Shown: in pieces, positions 38,267-47,891 of the stretch | Layout of the letters: the number at the start of each line of letters is the position of its first letter | Numbering within the stretch: position 1 is the first letter of the stretch | Source of the DNA: a virus | DNA length: 64,000 nt | Strand: one strand, 5' to 3' | Virus record (IMG/VR): IMGVR_UViG_3300027747_004779 | Coordinates: 32,001-96,000 of that record | Program-made: the position numbers and the translations under genes | Notes under the pieces: model-generated | Seen by the model: only the letters and a program-made list of their open reading frames with translations | Told to the model about the DNA's origin: nothing | The model's database searches: none

Positions 38267-39163
38267 ATGAACCAGACTAGAACGCTAGTAGAAATGGGTG
38301 ACTTCTATGAAAAGAGTGTCATCGAAGAAAAGAAATCAGTATTCCCCCCTAAGGGTACTTTTAAGAAGGCTGAAGATAAAAAGCCTGTTGAAGCTACTGC
38401 TGATAAAAAAGCGTTCGTCCAAAAAGATTCTGGCCCGGAAAACGCTGACGGCTTTAAGAAAGATCTTATTGATCCTAAGACAGAGAAAAAAGAAAATTTC
38501 TTTGAACCTAAGAAATTCTCACAAAACTATGAAAAAACAGAAGTACAAACAATAAATAATTGTATGAGCAAATCTATTTTTGACAAATTGTATGAGGATG
38601 TAATGTCCGATCAAGCCGTTGACACCGACACCACAGATGCCGCTGCCCTCGGTTTGCCTTCAGTTGACGCTGGAGAAGGTGAAACAAAGGAAGAAGTAAC
38701 ATTAACTCTTCCGCATGATTTAGCTGTTAAGCTTCATGAACTTCTCGCCACTGTAATCGGTGGTGAAGAAACATCCGGAGAAGAAACGGGTGAAGAAGCC
38801 GGTGCTGAAGATAGCGAAATGGCCGCTGCTGAAGGTGCTGATGAAGATAACGAAGAAAAAGAAGAGGATAAGGAAGAAGAAGAAGTAGCAAAAGAAGCTA
38901 CTGAACTTAAGGAAGTTCCTGCCTCAGCCGGTCAAGGCCTTCAGAAGAAGGATAATAAGGTCGGTGATGTAACAAAGAGTTTAGTATCACACGGTGCTGG
39001 TGATGGTAAAGTCACTGACAAATGTGGTAATGATGGTGAAAAAGGCCATGCTCTAGTAGGAAGCGGTGTAAAGGGTGGTGCCTCAACATCGCCTAAGGGC
39101 AAAGCTAACGTAGTTAGCAGCAAGACATCGAAGGTTGGTTCGTATCTCGCTGGTTTAAAATAA
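38267..39163 (+). CDS. Acidic/Lys-rich late protein (candidate prohead core or internal protein) with an internal in-frame start at 38564
   Basis: 298 aa, poly-Glu tract, biased (highly expressed-like) codons, followed by a terminator. Confidence 0.6.
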   Translation: MNQTRTLVEMGDFYEKSVIEEKKSVFPPKGTFKKAEDKKPVEATADKKAFVQKDSGPENADGFKKDLIDPKTEKKENFFEPKKFSQNYEKTEVQTINNCMSKSIFDKLYEDVMSDQAVDTDTTDAAALGLPSVDAGEGETKEEVTLTLPHDLAVKLHELLATVIGGEETSGEETGEEAGAEDSEMAAAEGADEDNEEKEEDKEEEEVAKEATELKEVPASAGQGLQKKDNKVGDVTKSLVSHGAGDGKVTDKCGNDGEKGHALVGSGVKGGASTSPKGKANVVSSKTSKVGSYLAGLK

Positions 39164-39190
39164 ACTAACTAATCAAAAATAGTAAAAATT

Positions 39191-39221
39191 AGGGCCTAAG
39201 TCAAATTAGGCCCTTTTTTTT
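39191..39221 (+). terminator. Rho-independent terminator
   Basis: agggcctaa-gtcaaa-ttaggccct hairpin (9-bp stem) followed by a T-run. Confidence 0.85.
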
Positions 39222-39235
39222 GCTTAAATATCTAT

Positions 39236-39562
39236 ATGACGTTTAAGAAATATTATATTGAAAACACTGACATAGGAATGAAGAAGCGTCATATGAATCC
39301 TATAGGTAGAGATGTAAGTTCGCATTCCAAGCATCCTGGTAGATTTGTACCACACATGCACAGAACAATAAAGAAAAATCAGAAAGTAGAAAGCCTATTA
39401 AACAAACCATCAGGTAGAATAGTTTTAAATGTACAGGATATTGCAGAGATTGAAAAGGAGTTTAATCTTAATTTTGATCAGCAAGCGCCTAAAAAGCTTG
39501 GTAATACAGGCATTACTATAAAGTTTGATCCAATACTATATAAGGCTATCTTAGAGAAATAA
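39236..39562 (+). CDS. Hypothetical late protein
   Basis: 108 aa; TAAATA 5 nt upstream; N-terminus MTFKKYYIE. Confidence 0.6.
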   Translation: MTFKKYYIENTDIGMKKRHMNPIGRDVSSHSKHPGRFVPHMHRTIKKNQKVESLLNKPSGRIVLNVQDIAEIEKEFNLNFDQQAPKKLGNTGITIKFDPILYKAILEK

Positions 39563-39563
39563 T

Positions 39564-40283
39564 ATGGAAAGTAAAGATTATTATACAGGTAATCCAGAAC
39601 CTAAAATATATCCTTTCTTTTACGAGGAAAATTGCTTTAGATATACAGACAAGGAGAACAATGCATGTGAACGAAACACAATCTCTAACTATTGGAGAGA
39701 ACAGATAAATCTTTATGGTCAAAAAGTAGGGTATATTGTTAATAATACAACAACGTTAAGTGCAGATATGCTATACGGTGAGCATCCTACACAAGCATAT
39801 TCGCCACCTCAGTATATTGTCATCGCCATGAATTTAAACGAGAATGCCTTAATGCTAAGTAAGTTTGGATTAGTATCAGATGATGAAGTAACAGCGTTTA
39901 TTCATATAAGCGCGTTCTATGATACGTTTGGCTTTGGTGCAGAACCTAAATCAGGTGATCTATTTCAGTTAACGGAGTATGGTAGTGATAGACCAGGTGG
40001 TAGAAATGGTAATATATACGAAATTACACAACGATTAGATCAAGATATTGCACAGATTAATCCATTAGCCGGTCATTATGTTTGGTTGATTAAAGCAAAA
40101 CGTTTTGAATATTCTTTTGAACCGGGCGTTACACCGGAAGCTCAGAATCAACAAATATTCGATGACACTAAAAACCCTGCTGCTTCAGGTGCTGATAAGC
40201 CTTATACATATTCTGTTGATGTAGCATCAAAAGCTGTCTTCAACTCTGATACAGATTATTCAAATGTATATGGTGGGTATTAA
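39564..40283 (+). CDS. gp14: Neck / head-tail connector protein
   Basis: EQINLYGQKVGY...DMLYGE...LSKFGL..DDEVT...EPKSGDL...YEIT...K.FEYS.E. Confidence 0.8.
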   Translation: MESKDYYTGNPEPKIYPFFYEENCFRYTDKENNACERNTISNYWREQINLYGQKVGYIVNNTTTLSADMLYGEHPTQAYSPPQYIVIAMNLNENALMLSKFGLVSDDEVTAFIHISAFYDTFGFGAEPKSGDLFQLTEYGSDRPGGRNGNIYEITQRLDQDIAQINPLAGHYVWLIKAKRFEYSFEPGVTPEAQNQQIFDDTKNPAASGADKPYTYSVDVASKAVFNSDTDYSNVYGGY

Positions 40284-40558
40284 TCTAATCTAAAAAATTC
40301 GTCTAATTCAGCTTTTGAAGCAGGTAGCTTTTCGTTACGATATTTAGCAATAAATTGATCACCTTCGTTGCAGCTTAAAAACAAAACATCAATAACAACG
40401 CCGTTAGACCCTTTAAACTTATAATTATATTGCTCTTCTACTTTATTTATGTTTAGTAAAGCATATGTAACACCAGGTACAAATTGTTTGTCGCGAACGC
40501 CGCGAGCAAACTTAATACCAGGCGTTACTGCGAAACGAGTTCCGACGATGTAGTGCAT
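40280..40558 (-). CDS. Hypothetical protein
   Basis: 92-aa ORF in a tightly packed - strand run. Confidence 0.55.
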   Translation of the reverse strand: MHYIVGTRFAVTPGIKFARGVRDKQFVPGVTYALLNINKVEEQYNYKFKGSNGVVIDVLFLSCNEGDQFIAKYRNEKLPASKAELDEFFRLD

Positions 40559-40845
40559 GTGTCAGGTTTTACTATTACGGGGATACGTACATTTTCATGA
40601 TTACCGACTTCATCAATCATTGATTCATATCGCTCTGTAATATATTTTTGAAATGCTAGCGGCTTAACCCAATCGACATCTTTACCCTGCAAATCAACTT
40701 TAAACTGCGAAGCTTTTTTCGTAATATAATCAAGTGCTTCAATTAAACAAAGCCAACGAGTATATTCTTCTACTTTTAGCTTATGTTTTTTTGTTTTTGT
40801 TTCAACAGTTATATATTTTTTTAATGGTTCCAATTGCATATCCAA
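40525..40845 (-). CDS. Hypothetical protein
   Basis: 106-aa ORF overlapping its neighbours. Confidence 0.55.
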   Translation of the reverse strand: MDMQLEPLKKYITVETKTKKHKLKVEEYTRWLCLIEALDYITKKASQFKVDLQGKDVDWVKPLAFQKYITERYESMIDEVGNHENVRIPVIVKPDTCTTSSELVSQ

Positions 40846-41254
40846 GTATTATCAAGGAAATCTGTTTAGGGTCAAGAAGATTCTTTTGTTCATTTAAATT
40901 AATTATAACGCTATAGAGCGCGTCGAACCCTTGCTGCACTGCGTCAATAGTTTGCTTCAACCCTGTATTAATACCGTCTTTATATTCCTCATTAACGCTA
41001 CTTTCTTTAAGAGATTTTATATAGGCCTCACAAAGCATCTTTATATAATTTTTAATAATTTGTCTATCGGATTTAACGTCTGAATTAAAATACGCTAAAC
41101 CAAATTCAAAATCTGTAAGTTCTTTTGTGGTGAGTGCTCGTCTAACTAAAAGAACAAGATCATCTAGTACTAACGGTGGTGTCTGTATTTTAGGTGTTAA
41201 TGCGCTTGCAGATATATCTGTCGTTAATTTATCAATACTTTCAGGAAGCTGCAT
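40802..41254 (-). CDS. Hypothetical protein (start probably ATG 41254)
   Basis: Helical ORF; the later start minimises overlap with the upstream gene. Confidence 0.55.
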   Translation of the reverse strand: MQLPESIDKLTTDISASALTPKIQTPPLVLDDLVLLVRRALTTKELTDFEFGLAYFNSDVKSDRQIIKNYIKMLCEAYIKSLKESSVNEEYKDGINTGLKQTIDAVQQGFDALYSVIINLNEQKNLLDPKQISLIILGYAIGTIKKIYNC

Positions 41255-41669
41255 TTTTAATTTTCTCCAGTAAAGCGGGCTCAATGTTAGTTGCGATTAC
41301 GGGCTCAGTTACAACTGCTGTTTCTGTTGTGGTATGCACGCTTATAGTCTTGCTACATTCCCGGCATTTATAATAATTCGCAGTATTGAATCTAAAAGGT
41401 ACAATATCGGTAACTTGCTTAAAGCAGGGGCACATGACTTCAATACTCTGAAAAGACATTTCTCGCAATTTTTCAACCTCAAGCTTTTTAGCTTTTATTA
41501 TAATGTAAAGGTTGAGTAAGTTTGAATATAAATAAAACCCTAATATTTGTGCGCTAGCACCAATAAAAATACCAACGAAAAAATTTAAATGTATAGTATT
41601 AAAAATAAATCCGCAAAAAAGTGAAACGGATATTAAAGCTAATAGCTGTAGCGCTAACTTTTTAAACAT
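41241..41669 (-). CDS. Membrane protein with two N-terminal TM segments and a Zn-ribbon (CPC...CxxC)
   Basis: Hydrophobic residues ~5-58; VMCPCFK...YKCRECSK; promoter TTGCAA-N16-TATAAT 6 nt upstream. Confidence 0.65.
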   Translation of the reverse strand: MFKKLALQLLALISVSLFCGFIFNTIHLNFFVGIFIGASAQILGFYLYSNLLNLYIIIKAKKLEVEKLREMSFQSIEVMCPCFKQVTDIVPFRFNTANYYKCRECSKTISVHTTTETAVVTEPVIATNIEPALLEKIKNAAS

Positions 41670-41689
41670 TATAATATTATAATGACTTC

Positions 41690-42067
41690 TTATTTTTTTG
41701 CAACCGGTTTCTCAGTAGCGTAAAATATTTTTTTTAACTCAACAATAATATTGGAAAGCTTTTCAATGACAGACATGACTTGCTCTTTTGCCGCATCATT
41801 TTCCTGGACAACAGGATTATTAAGTGACGCTTTGAAAAGCATGCGTGCGTTGCAGGCATTAATATATAGATCACCAAGCTGGCCGATAACGTTAGGCAAT
41901 GGATAAGGTAGGGGCTTATCTGCTTTAGCACTATTGGGATCTTGATCTACCGACTTATCAAATAAATCTTTTAAAGTAACTCTTTGAGTTGCAAGCTCTC
42001 TTGAAGCAATACCTGAAGTCCATTTATTGTAGTTTAAAACCTCTTCAAATAAAAGCTTTCGTTTCAC
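41690..42067 (-). CDS. Hypothetical late protein
   Basis: 125 aa; TAAATA 5 nt upstream of the GTG. Confidence 0.6.
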   Translation of the reverse strand: MKRKLLFEEVLNYNKWTSGIASRELATQRVTLKDLFDKSVDQDPNSAKADKPLPYPLPNVIGQLGDLYINACNARMLFKASLNNPVVQENDAAKEQVMSVIEKLSNIIVELKKIFYATEKPVAKK

Positions 42068-42100
42068 TAAAATATTTAATCTATTTCAATAAATAATATT

Positions 42101-42514
42101 ATGAGTCTATTCGAACGTAAATTTGGCATAGTTTTAGAAGCTAATGATGATGTTGAACCGACGCCTGCTGCTTCTAATGCACCTCAAACTGATAAAGAAG
42201 CGATGGCACAGTCATTAAATACTGCAAAACCTGAAGATTTTGATGTTGAAGGAAAAAGACAAGAACTTGTAGATCATGTTAAAGGTGAACAGACAACAAA
42301 GCTTAAAGAATGGATTGGACAAATAGATCAATTTATTACATTTTTAAATGGTACTGATGCAAGTTCAATGCAAGTTCAATTACATGCTGCACCTTGTGAC
42401 TCTACGTTCGAGGATATTGCAAGAAGTGAAAAGAAAAAAATTGCACGTCTTGCTGCTGAATTAAGTTCGCTCAGCGAATCACTTAAAGGCTATTTAATTT
42501 CTGCTAACGAGTAA
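42101..42514 (+). CDS. Hypothetical late protein (candidate internal protein)
   Basis: 137 aa; TAAATA at 42090-42095; N-terminus MSLFERKFGIVLEA. Confidence 0.6.
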   Translation: MSLFERKFGIVLEANDDVEPTPAASNAPQTDKEAMAQSLNTAKPEDFDVEGKRQELVDHVKGEQTTKLKEWIGQIDQFITFLNGTDASSMQVQLHAAPCDSTFEDIARSEKKKIARLAAELSSLSESLKGYLISANE

Positions 42515-43538
42515 TAGAAGACATTACTAGTCGGGCTTTTAAGCCTGTAAAAGCATTATCAACAAAAAACGAAGGCTCAATTTCGCTTAGATTTTTTGCT
42601 TCACACATTTCATTAATATCTTTGTAAGATTTAGAAAAAGTTTCAGGCCATATAAAAACTGTTTCACCGCTCTCAATAAGCTTTTGCGTTTTTTTTCTAC
42701 CTGCATCGTCAAGCCATTGATTATCTAACACCCAAATCTTTTTATGAAACTTAAATGATGCTAACTGTGCTTCTTGTAGCAATGTAAAGTTGGTATTACT
42801 GTTCTCCTGAATACCTGCAACAGCTGTACCATTCTTTACAAAAAACGCATCAATAGGGCCTTCAAAAATGAATATAAAATCTAAATCTGCAGATATTTTA
42901 TTAATATTATAAAGTGATTTTTCACCGTTTATTTTACTCAAATATTTCGGATAAAACTTCATATCTTCCTTATAAATTACCCGGGACTGATAGAATATAA
43001 CTTCGTTATCCTCGCTATAAAAAGGTATAATAATTCTATTCTTGTGCGTCTTGTCTTTTAATGAAACGTAGATAGCTTCTGGTCGATTAACAGCGGCATC
43101 TATTTTACGCTTTCTTATTAGTTCCAGTGCATCGTTAACAATCTTATTGTCTTTAAAGTATTCAATCTGATTCGCATCAAACAAATTAATTGAATCAGTG
43201 GGGAGAGGTTCAACCTGACGTTTAGGTTTTGGTATCTCGTCTGCACTAAGCACGTCTACTGGTATAACATCATAGTTTTGAGCCTCTTGAATGATTTCGT
43301 TGAATGTAAGGCCAGAAACCTCTTGTATCCATTTTGTTGCATCGCTATACCACCCACAGTTATGACAGCATATAGCGTTCTTATCAACTATATAAATACA
43401 TCTACGTTTTTTACCCCAAGACTTACCTTCATGACATATAGGACAGCCGGCGATATACGTGTTACTAAATCTTTTAAATTTTGGCGTACCAGCGTACTGA
43501 TAGAATTTTTGTATAGTATATTCTTGCGGTATTAGCAC
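42504..43538 (-). CDS. gp61: DNA primase
   Basis: Zn finger CPIC...CHNCG; RIIIPF; TOPRIM FIFEGPIDAFF, VLDN, KDINE. Confidence 0.92.
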   Translation of the reverse strand: MLIPQEYTIQKFYQYAGTPKFKRFSNTYIAGCPICHEGKSWGKKRRCIYIVDKNAICCHNCGWYSDATKWIQEVSGLTFNEIIQEAQNYDVIPVDVLSADEIPKPKRQVEPLPTDSINLFDANQIEYFKDNKIVNDALELIRKRKIDAAVNRPEAIYVSLKDKTHKNRIIIPFYSEDNEVIFYQSRVIYKEDMKFYPKYLSKINGEKSLYNINKISADLDFIFIFEGPIDAFFVKNGTAVAGIQENSNTNFTLLQEAQLASFKFHKKIWVLDNQWLDDAGRKKTQKLIESGETVFIWPETFSKSYKDINEMCEAKNLSEIEPSFFVDNAFTGLKARLVMSSITR

Positions 43539-43574
43539 AGAATAATATTAAAGGAATTACCTGTAATTACAAGC

Positions 43575-43754
43575 TTATTTTTTTTCAATATCTCTAACAG
43601 AAACAACACCCTTGCGAATAAAAGCACCTGAAGCGGGGTCAATATACTCTGCTTCAACTATTTCTTTACCTTCGCGAATATATGTCTTTAATCTCGGCTT
43701 TACAGGTTGACCACTAATAGGCGAGACAATTATCTTCGGCTCAATAATATCCAT
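43575..43754 (-). CDS. Small hypothetical protein (59 aa, below the ORF-track cutoff)
   Basis: MDIIEPKIIVSPISGQPVKPRLKTYIREGKEIVEAEYIDPASGAFIRKGVVSVRDIEKK; fills the gap exactly; TAAATA upstream. Confidence 0.7.
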   Translation of the reverse strand: MDIIEPKIIVSPISGQPVKPRLKTYIREGKEIVEAEYIDPASGAFIRKGVVSVRDIEKK

Positions 43755-43755
43755 A

Positions 43756-43953
43756 TTATTTATTTAATGTTTTAGCGAGCTTAGCTTTTAACTGTTCTGT
43801 ATATTTTGATACAAAGCCATCAATAGCGTTATTAGCTGCTGCAGGGCCTGATGCATTAGCAATCTTTACAATTTCAGCTGTTTCAATACCAACTGTAAAG
43901 GCATCGGTTTCCCTTGTATCGAGTCTTAGAACTGTTTCAATAGTTAATTTCAT
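43756..43953 (-). CDS. Small hypothetical protein
   Basis: 65 aa; TAAATA 3 nt upstream. Confidence 0.6.
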   Translation of the reverse strand: MKLTIETVLRLDTRETDAFTVGIETAEIVKIANASGPAAANNAIDGFVSKYTEQLKAKLAKTLNK

Positions 43954-43964
43954 ATAACTATTTA

Positions 43965-44249
43965 TTAAGGTGTCTGAGAAAGCAAACTTTTATTTTTTTT
44001 ATATTGCACACAACATGTTTCATAAACATCTTTAGGTAGTTTTTCGACAATATCAACAATACCTTCTTTTAACCCGTAGTCAAATTTGTCATGAGGAATT
44101 TCACGTATCTTCATATCAGGTAATGATAAAAAACTTAAGCTATCATTCTCTAATGTCATAAAGACGAGAAGTTCGCCTAAATAAGCCCCTTTTGTAACCG
44201 CGTAAATATATCTTTGTTGTGGGTGTTCTTTAGATACTTTAAAGATCAT
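43965..44249 (-). CDS. Hypothetical protein (start probably ATG 44249, coupled to the upstream stop)
   Basis: ATGA overlap with the 44246 stop. Confidence 0.55.
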   Translation of the reverse strand: MIFKVSKEHPQQRYIYAVTKGAYLGELLVFMTLENDSLSFLSLPDMKIREIPHDKFDYGLKEGIVDIVEKLPKDVYETCCVQYKKNKSLLSQTP

Positions 44250-45118
44250 ACACTTAACTGCTTTATGCAGCTTTCCATTGATACACATGAATCGGGTAAT
44301 GCTAGACCTAAGCTCTTTATTTTATCAGTAGAAAGCACGCAATTAGAACGATTAGCTTTAAGAGAGAGCGACTCAATATCTACGAATTTCCAATTAGGGT
44401 TAATAATGTTATATTTCGAAAGAAGCTCTACAACATCCTTACCATCGAGTAAACCTTCATTGACGACGTTATAAATCCCCGGATAGTTTTTATAAAAGCG
44501 ATGCATTAAGAATTCTTTTGTAAAAGTACACAGATCATCAATTGACGTCATGCTATTTTTATAACAAACTAAATTATCATAATTAATAATTTTATTAATA
44601 TAGTTTCTTTCAGAATTATAAGCACAAAAAGGCATGCGTATACGAAATGTAGATGCAGCGTTTTTATTAATTAAAGCTTCTGCCAGGTGTTTTGTCTTTG
44701 AATAGAAGCTGCTTATAGGGTTAAACATTCCAAAATTTGGAATATCAAGCTCTGTGAAGTCTTTTTCATAACCTGTAAAAATACAGCCGCTAGAAATATT
44801 AATCAGCCAATAGTTGTATTTGTCGCAAAAATTGCTTAAAAAGACCGGAAGCTTGGTATTATAATCAAGACAAATTTCTTTATTTGATTCACATGCATCG
44901 ACGTTCGGACGACCCGTATAACCGGAGCAATTGATAATAACAATATCATTAACATTATCATGGTGCGATTCGCGTATATACCTCTTTAAAGCTATCTCAT
45001 CAAAATAATTTACTTCCTTAAGACTGACAATATTGAGATGAAAATTATTTTCATTCGAAAAACTATTGTATATATGAGTACCTACAAAACCTTTGCCGAG
45101 TATAAAGACATTAACCAC
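44246..45118 (-). CDS. NDP-4-keto-6-deoxyglucose 3,5-epimerase/4-reductase (RmlD / NRS-ER-like, rhamnose synthesis)
   Basis: ILGKGFVG (Rossmann), NCSGYTGRPNVDACE, ISSGCIF, SFYSKTK (YxxxK), RIRMP. Confidence 0.8.
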   Translation of the reverse strand: MVNVFILGKGFVGTHIYNSFSNENNFHLNIVSLKEVNYFDEIALKRYIRESHHDNVNDIVIINCSGYTGRPNVDACESNKEICLDYNTKLPVFLSNFCDKYNYWLINISSGCIFTGYEKDFTELDIPNFGMFNPISSFYSKTKHLAEALINKNAASTFRIRMPFCAYNSERNYINKIINYDNLVCYKNSMTSIDDLCTFTKEFLMHRFYKNYPGIYNVVNEGLLDGKDVVELLSKYNIINPNWKFVDIESLSLKANRSNCVLSTDKIKSLGLALPDSCVSMESCIKQLSV

Positions 45119-45142
45119 GAAAATATTTTATATTAAAAATTA

Positions 45143-45466
45143 TTAATCTCCAGAGCTATTCTGGTTAAAAAGAAATTTATTAATTAAAGTTCCGAGTGAA
45201 TCGGCTTCTTGCTGGTTATGGGCAGAAATAATTGTTATAGGCTCACCGTCGAAATTATATCCGAGAAGAACAAAGCTGTTTAAAAATTCTAATACCTGAC
45301 TTGTTAAAACGTCTAAATCTTTTTTTGATTCATGCTTATTTTTAAGCTGATCGCGTAAAAAAGAGACAAGCGCTTTATGCGTTAGTTCTTTGACTTCCTT
45401 ATTTGCATTAGGATCAAAGCTACGATCTTTATCGCTTCCACTAGACTTGTTCTTGTCTTTCATCAT
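45143..45466 (-). CDS. Hypothetical protein
   Basis: 107 aa; TAAATA upstream. Confidence 0.55.
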   Translation of the reverse strand: MMKDKNKSSGSDKDRSFDPNANKEVKELTHKALVSFLRDQLKNKHESKKDLDVLTSQVLEFLNSFVLLGYNFDGEPITIISAHNQQEADSLGTLINKFLFNQNSSGD

Positions 45467-45815
45467 AAGTATTTAGTCTTTTTGACAGATATCTATCCCT
45501 ACCCGGGTAGTCAGTATTATTAGAAACACCGTGTCCGAGCAGATAATCTACAATTACTTCAATACTCGATGTTTTAATAAAGAAATTCTTAGGTACACGT
45601 TTGCCGCCATCATCTATTTCAAATAGAATTTCATCTATATTATTTTTATTAGCATAACACGTAATAAGAACAGAAGCTTCAGTTGGGTTGACCATTACGG
45701 TCCACTGCCTAGGATCAGATTTAGAATATATTGCAAATAACTTGACAACAATAAAGCCATTGTCACGTAGACGTTTAATAAAATAGCTTGGTGTTCTTAG
45801 TTTATTTTTACTCAT
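45441..45815 (-). CDS. Hypothetical protein
   Basis: 124-aa ORF directly downstream of the clamp gene. Confidence 0.55.
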   Translation of the reverse strand: MSKNKLRTPSYFIKRLRDNGFIVVKLFAIYSKSDPRQWTVMVNPTEASVLITCYANKNNIDEILFEIDDGGKRVPKNFFIKTSSIEVIVDYLLGHGVSNNTDYPGRDRYLSKRLNTYDERQEQV

Positions 45816-45816
45816 A

Positions 45817-46548
45817 TTAATTAGCTAATGCAGAGATTACAAATTTAAAAGATGTATTCTCTAGATTTAAATCAAATAGCATTACTCCCATTTTTGTTAC
45901 TAGCTTGGCTTGTATCTCTTTGAATCTCATAGAAGAAATTATTCTAAAGATTTCAAAATTCAACGGTATCGGTAGATTAAACTGTACTCCGCTATAATTG
46001 TCAGATATTCTGATTCCATACGAATCTATATTAGCCCGCATCTTATCTGTAAGTTCACCGGTAACAAAATTATCTTTTACAGAAATATATAGTTTATTTG
46101 ATTCTGTACTAATAGTACTACCTTTAATTAAACTGACTGTCGAACCGTGTGATAAAGTAAAGCTCCCATCATATTCTAAAGCTTTAAGCTTATCGATATT
46201 CACTTTAGGCGTTGTAATGATGTTATCATCATATAGGTGGTATTTAAAACGTACACTATCAGATTTAAATCCAATATAGTTAGCAGATATATCTAGTTCA
46301 AATAAATCGGTTTCAATACAGCTTAATACTCTGCATAGTTTTTTGAGATCAGGAACGTTTAATACTTTTTCAACATCTATTTTATCATCAGAATATTCTG
46401 CACTAACAATAATAGTATTATCGCAAGCAGATATTAATGAGGATATTTTTTGTTTGGTTACCTTTAAAACAGCGCTATCAGCAACTTTACTAAGAGGGGT
46501 TATAAAATTAGTTAGAAATTTATCTCTATCAGATATAACAAGAGTCAT
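45817..46548 (-). CDS. gp45: Sliding clamp (gp45/PCNA-like)
   Basis: 243 aa; the NVPDLKKLCRVLS and FKYHLYDDNIIT patterns match gp45; located in the replication cluster. Confidence 0.7.
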   Translation of the reverse strand: MTLVISDRDKFLTNFITPLSKVADSAVLKVTKQKISSLISACDNTIIVSAEYSDDKIDVEKVLNVPDLKKLCRVLSCIETDLFELDISANYIGFKSDSVRFKYHLYDDNIITTPKVNIDKLKALEYDGSFTLSHGSTVSLIKGSTISTESNKLYISVKDNFVTGELTDKMRANIDSYGIRISDNYSGVQFNLPIPLNFEIFRIISSMRFKEIQAKLVTKMGVMLFDLNLENTSFKFVISALAN

Positions 46549-46579
46549 TACTTTAATAATAACCTCTTTATACTAGCAA

Positions 46580-47011
46580 TCAATCTATTTTTTCTACTAA
46601 AGGAGTTTTTTTTAAAATACTATTAAGTGTATCTAGCTTACGTTCTATTCTATCTAATTGCTCAAATATTTGCTTTGAATATGGTGAGCTATCAAAATCA
46701 AATTCTAATTGATTGGGATCACTCTTTACTGCTTCTATTGTTTGAACGTTAAGGTTATGCTGTGGTTGAATATTATTAATATGCGGTTGAGCAATATTAA
46801 TGCCTGCGTTTACCACATTTGCAACCGGGTTCTGTGAACCGGGTATAGTGTTAATAACCCGCAAAGGGTCGATAGTTAACCCTTGTAAGGATGTAGTTTT
46901 GTTAGTAATGTGCTGGTCTAATACTTTAAGATCACCAGTCAGGTGCTGACCCATAAACTGGATCGTAGCAAGCCTAATCTCTTCTGGTGTTAATTCCTTA
47001 AAACTATCCAT
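46580..47011 (-). CDS. Hypothetical protein
   Basis: 143 aa with DPNQLEFDF and a C-terminal coiled coil. Confidence 0.55.
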   Translation of the reverse strand: MDSFKELTPEEIRLATIQFMGQHLTGDLKVLDQHITNKTTSLQGLTIDPLRVINTIPGSQNPVANVVNAGINIAQPHINNIQPQHNLNVQTIEAVKSDPNQLEFDFDSSPYSKQIFEQLDRIERKLDTLNSILKKTPLVEKID

Positions 47012-47859
47012 TACAGGTCCTTGAGCAGTTCCTTAATCGAAGCATCTTCGTCTTCGGTTGGCTTTGCAGCCTTCTTAGCAACTACTTGAACCGATGGTGT
47101 TGGAGCTGACGTTTTCGGCGTTACAGCTTCTACAGCTTCTTCAACATCCTTAGTACCATGATAATGCTCATCCAGGATATTCTTAAGCTCATCATAACTC
47201 TTAACACTTACATAAGATTCAAGATCAAATGCACTATTATAGATCTTATTATAGCCATCTTCATCAAGACCTTCAATTTCTTTAGGGGTAGAGAACTTCG
47301 ATGAAACGTATGTTGGATAATCGCCCTGTTTTTCAACCTTAATACGAAGGTTACAGCCTTTGGGCGAAAGATCAAAGATACGGGCGCCTAGCTCTGCAGC
47401 TTCTTCACCTTCGATTGCGTCCATAATAATCTTATGAAGCTGGCGACCAAAACGTACAATTTTTACTTTACCGTTATTTTCAGAGTTAACAGGATCATTT
47501 ACAACATATACATTCACCAACCAATTTTCACGACGCTTAATAGCGAGAGCTTTTTCTTTTTCTTTTTCTGTACCATTGCGAAGAACTCTGTAGCGCTCCT
47601 CGGCAATAGGATCACGCTGATTCCAAGTTGTCGGGCTAACAGCGGTAACTAACTGACCGGTCGTAAGACTATTCCAGCCATAAGAATAATAATGAAAGAA
47701 TGTCTTTGCAGCATCCTTAACATTAGGTAAAAGTCTAACAGTATAAGTATTGCCTGCCTCTGTGCGCAAGTAATCCTTAATTTTAGAAGAAGTAGACTCG
47801 TTATTTTTTGTCAAAGCACCCTTAATGCTTTCAAACATCGATGTAGTAAATGTATTCAT
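47011..47859 (-). CDS. gp32: Single-stranded DNA-binding protein; start revised to ATG 47859
   Basis: VRLLP, NVYVVNDP...ENNGKVKI.RFG..L.KII, IFDL..KG.NL.IK, Y.SSKF, KSYDELK, acidic tail. Confidence 0.88.
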   Translation of the reverse strand: MNTFTTSMFESIKGALTKNNESTSSKIKDYLRTEAGNTYTVRLLPNVKDAAKTFFHYYSYGWNSLTTGQLVTAVSPTTWNQRDPIAEERYRVLRNGTEKEKEKALAIKRRENWLVNVYVVNDPVNSENNGKVKIVRFGRQLHKIIMDAIEGEEAAELGARIFDLSPKGCNLRIKVEKQGDYPTYVSSKFSTPKEIEGLDEDGYNKIYNSAFDLESYVSVKSYDELKNILDEHYHGTKDVEEAVEAVTPKTSAPTPSVQVVAKKAAKPTEDEDASIKELLKDL

Positions 47860-47891
47860 ATTAAAGTATGATATATTCAAATAAAAATAAA

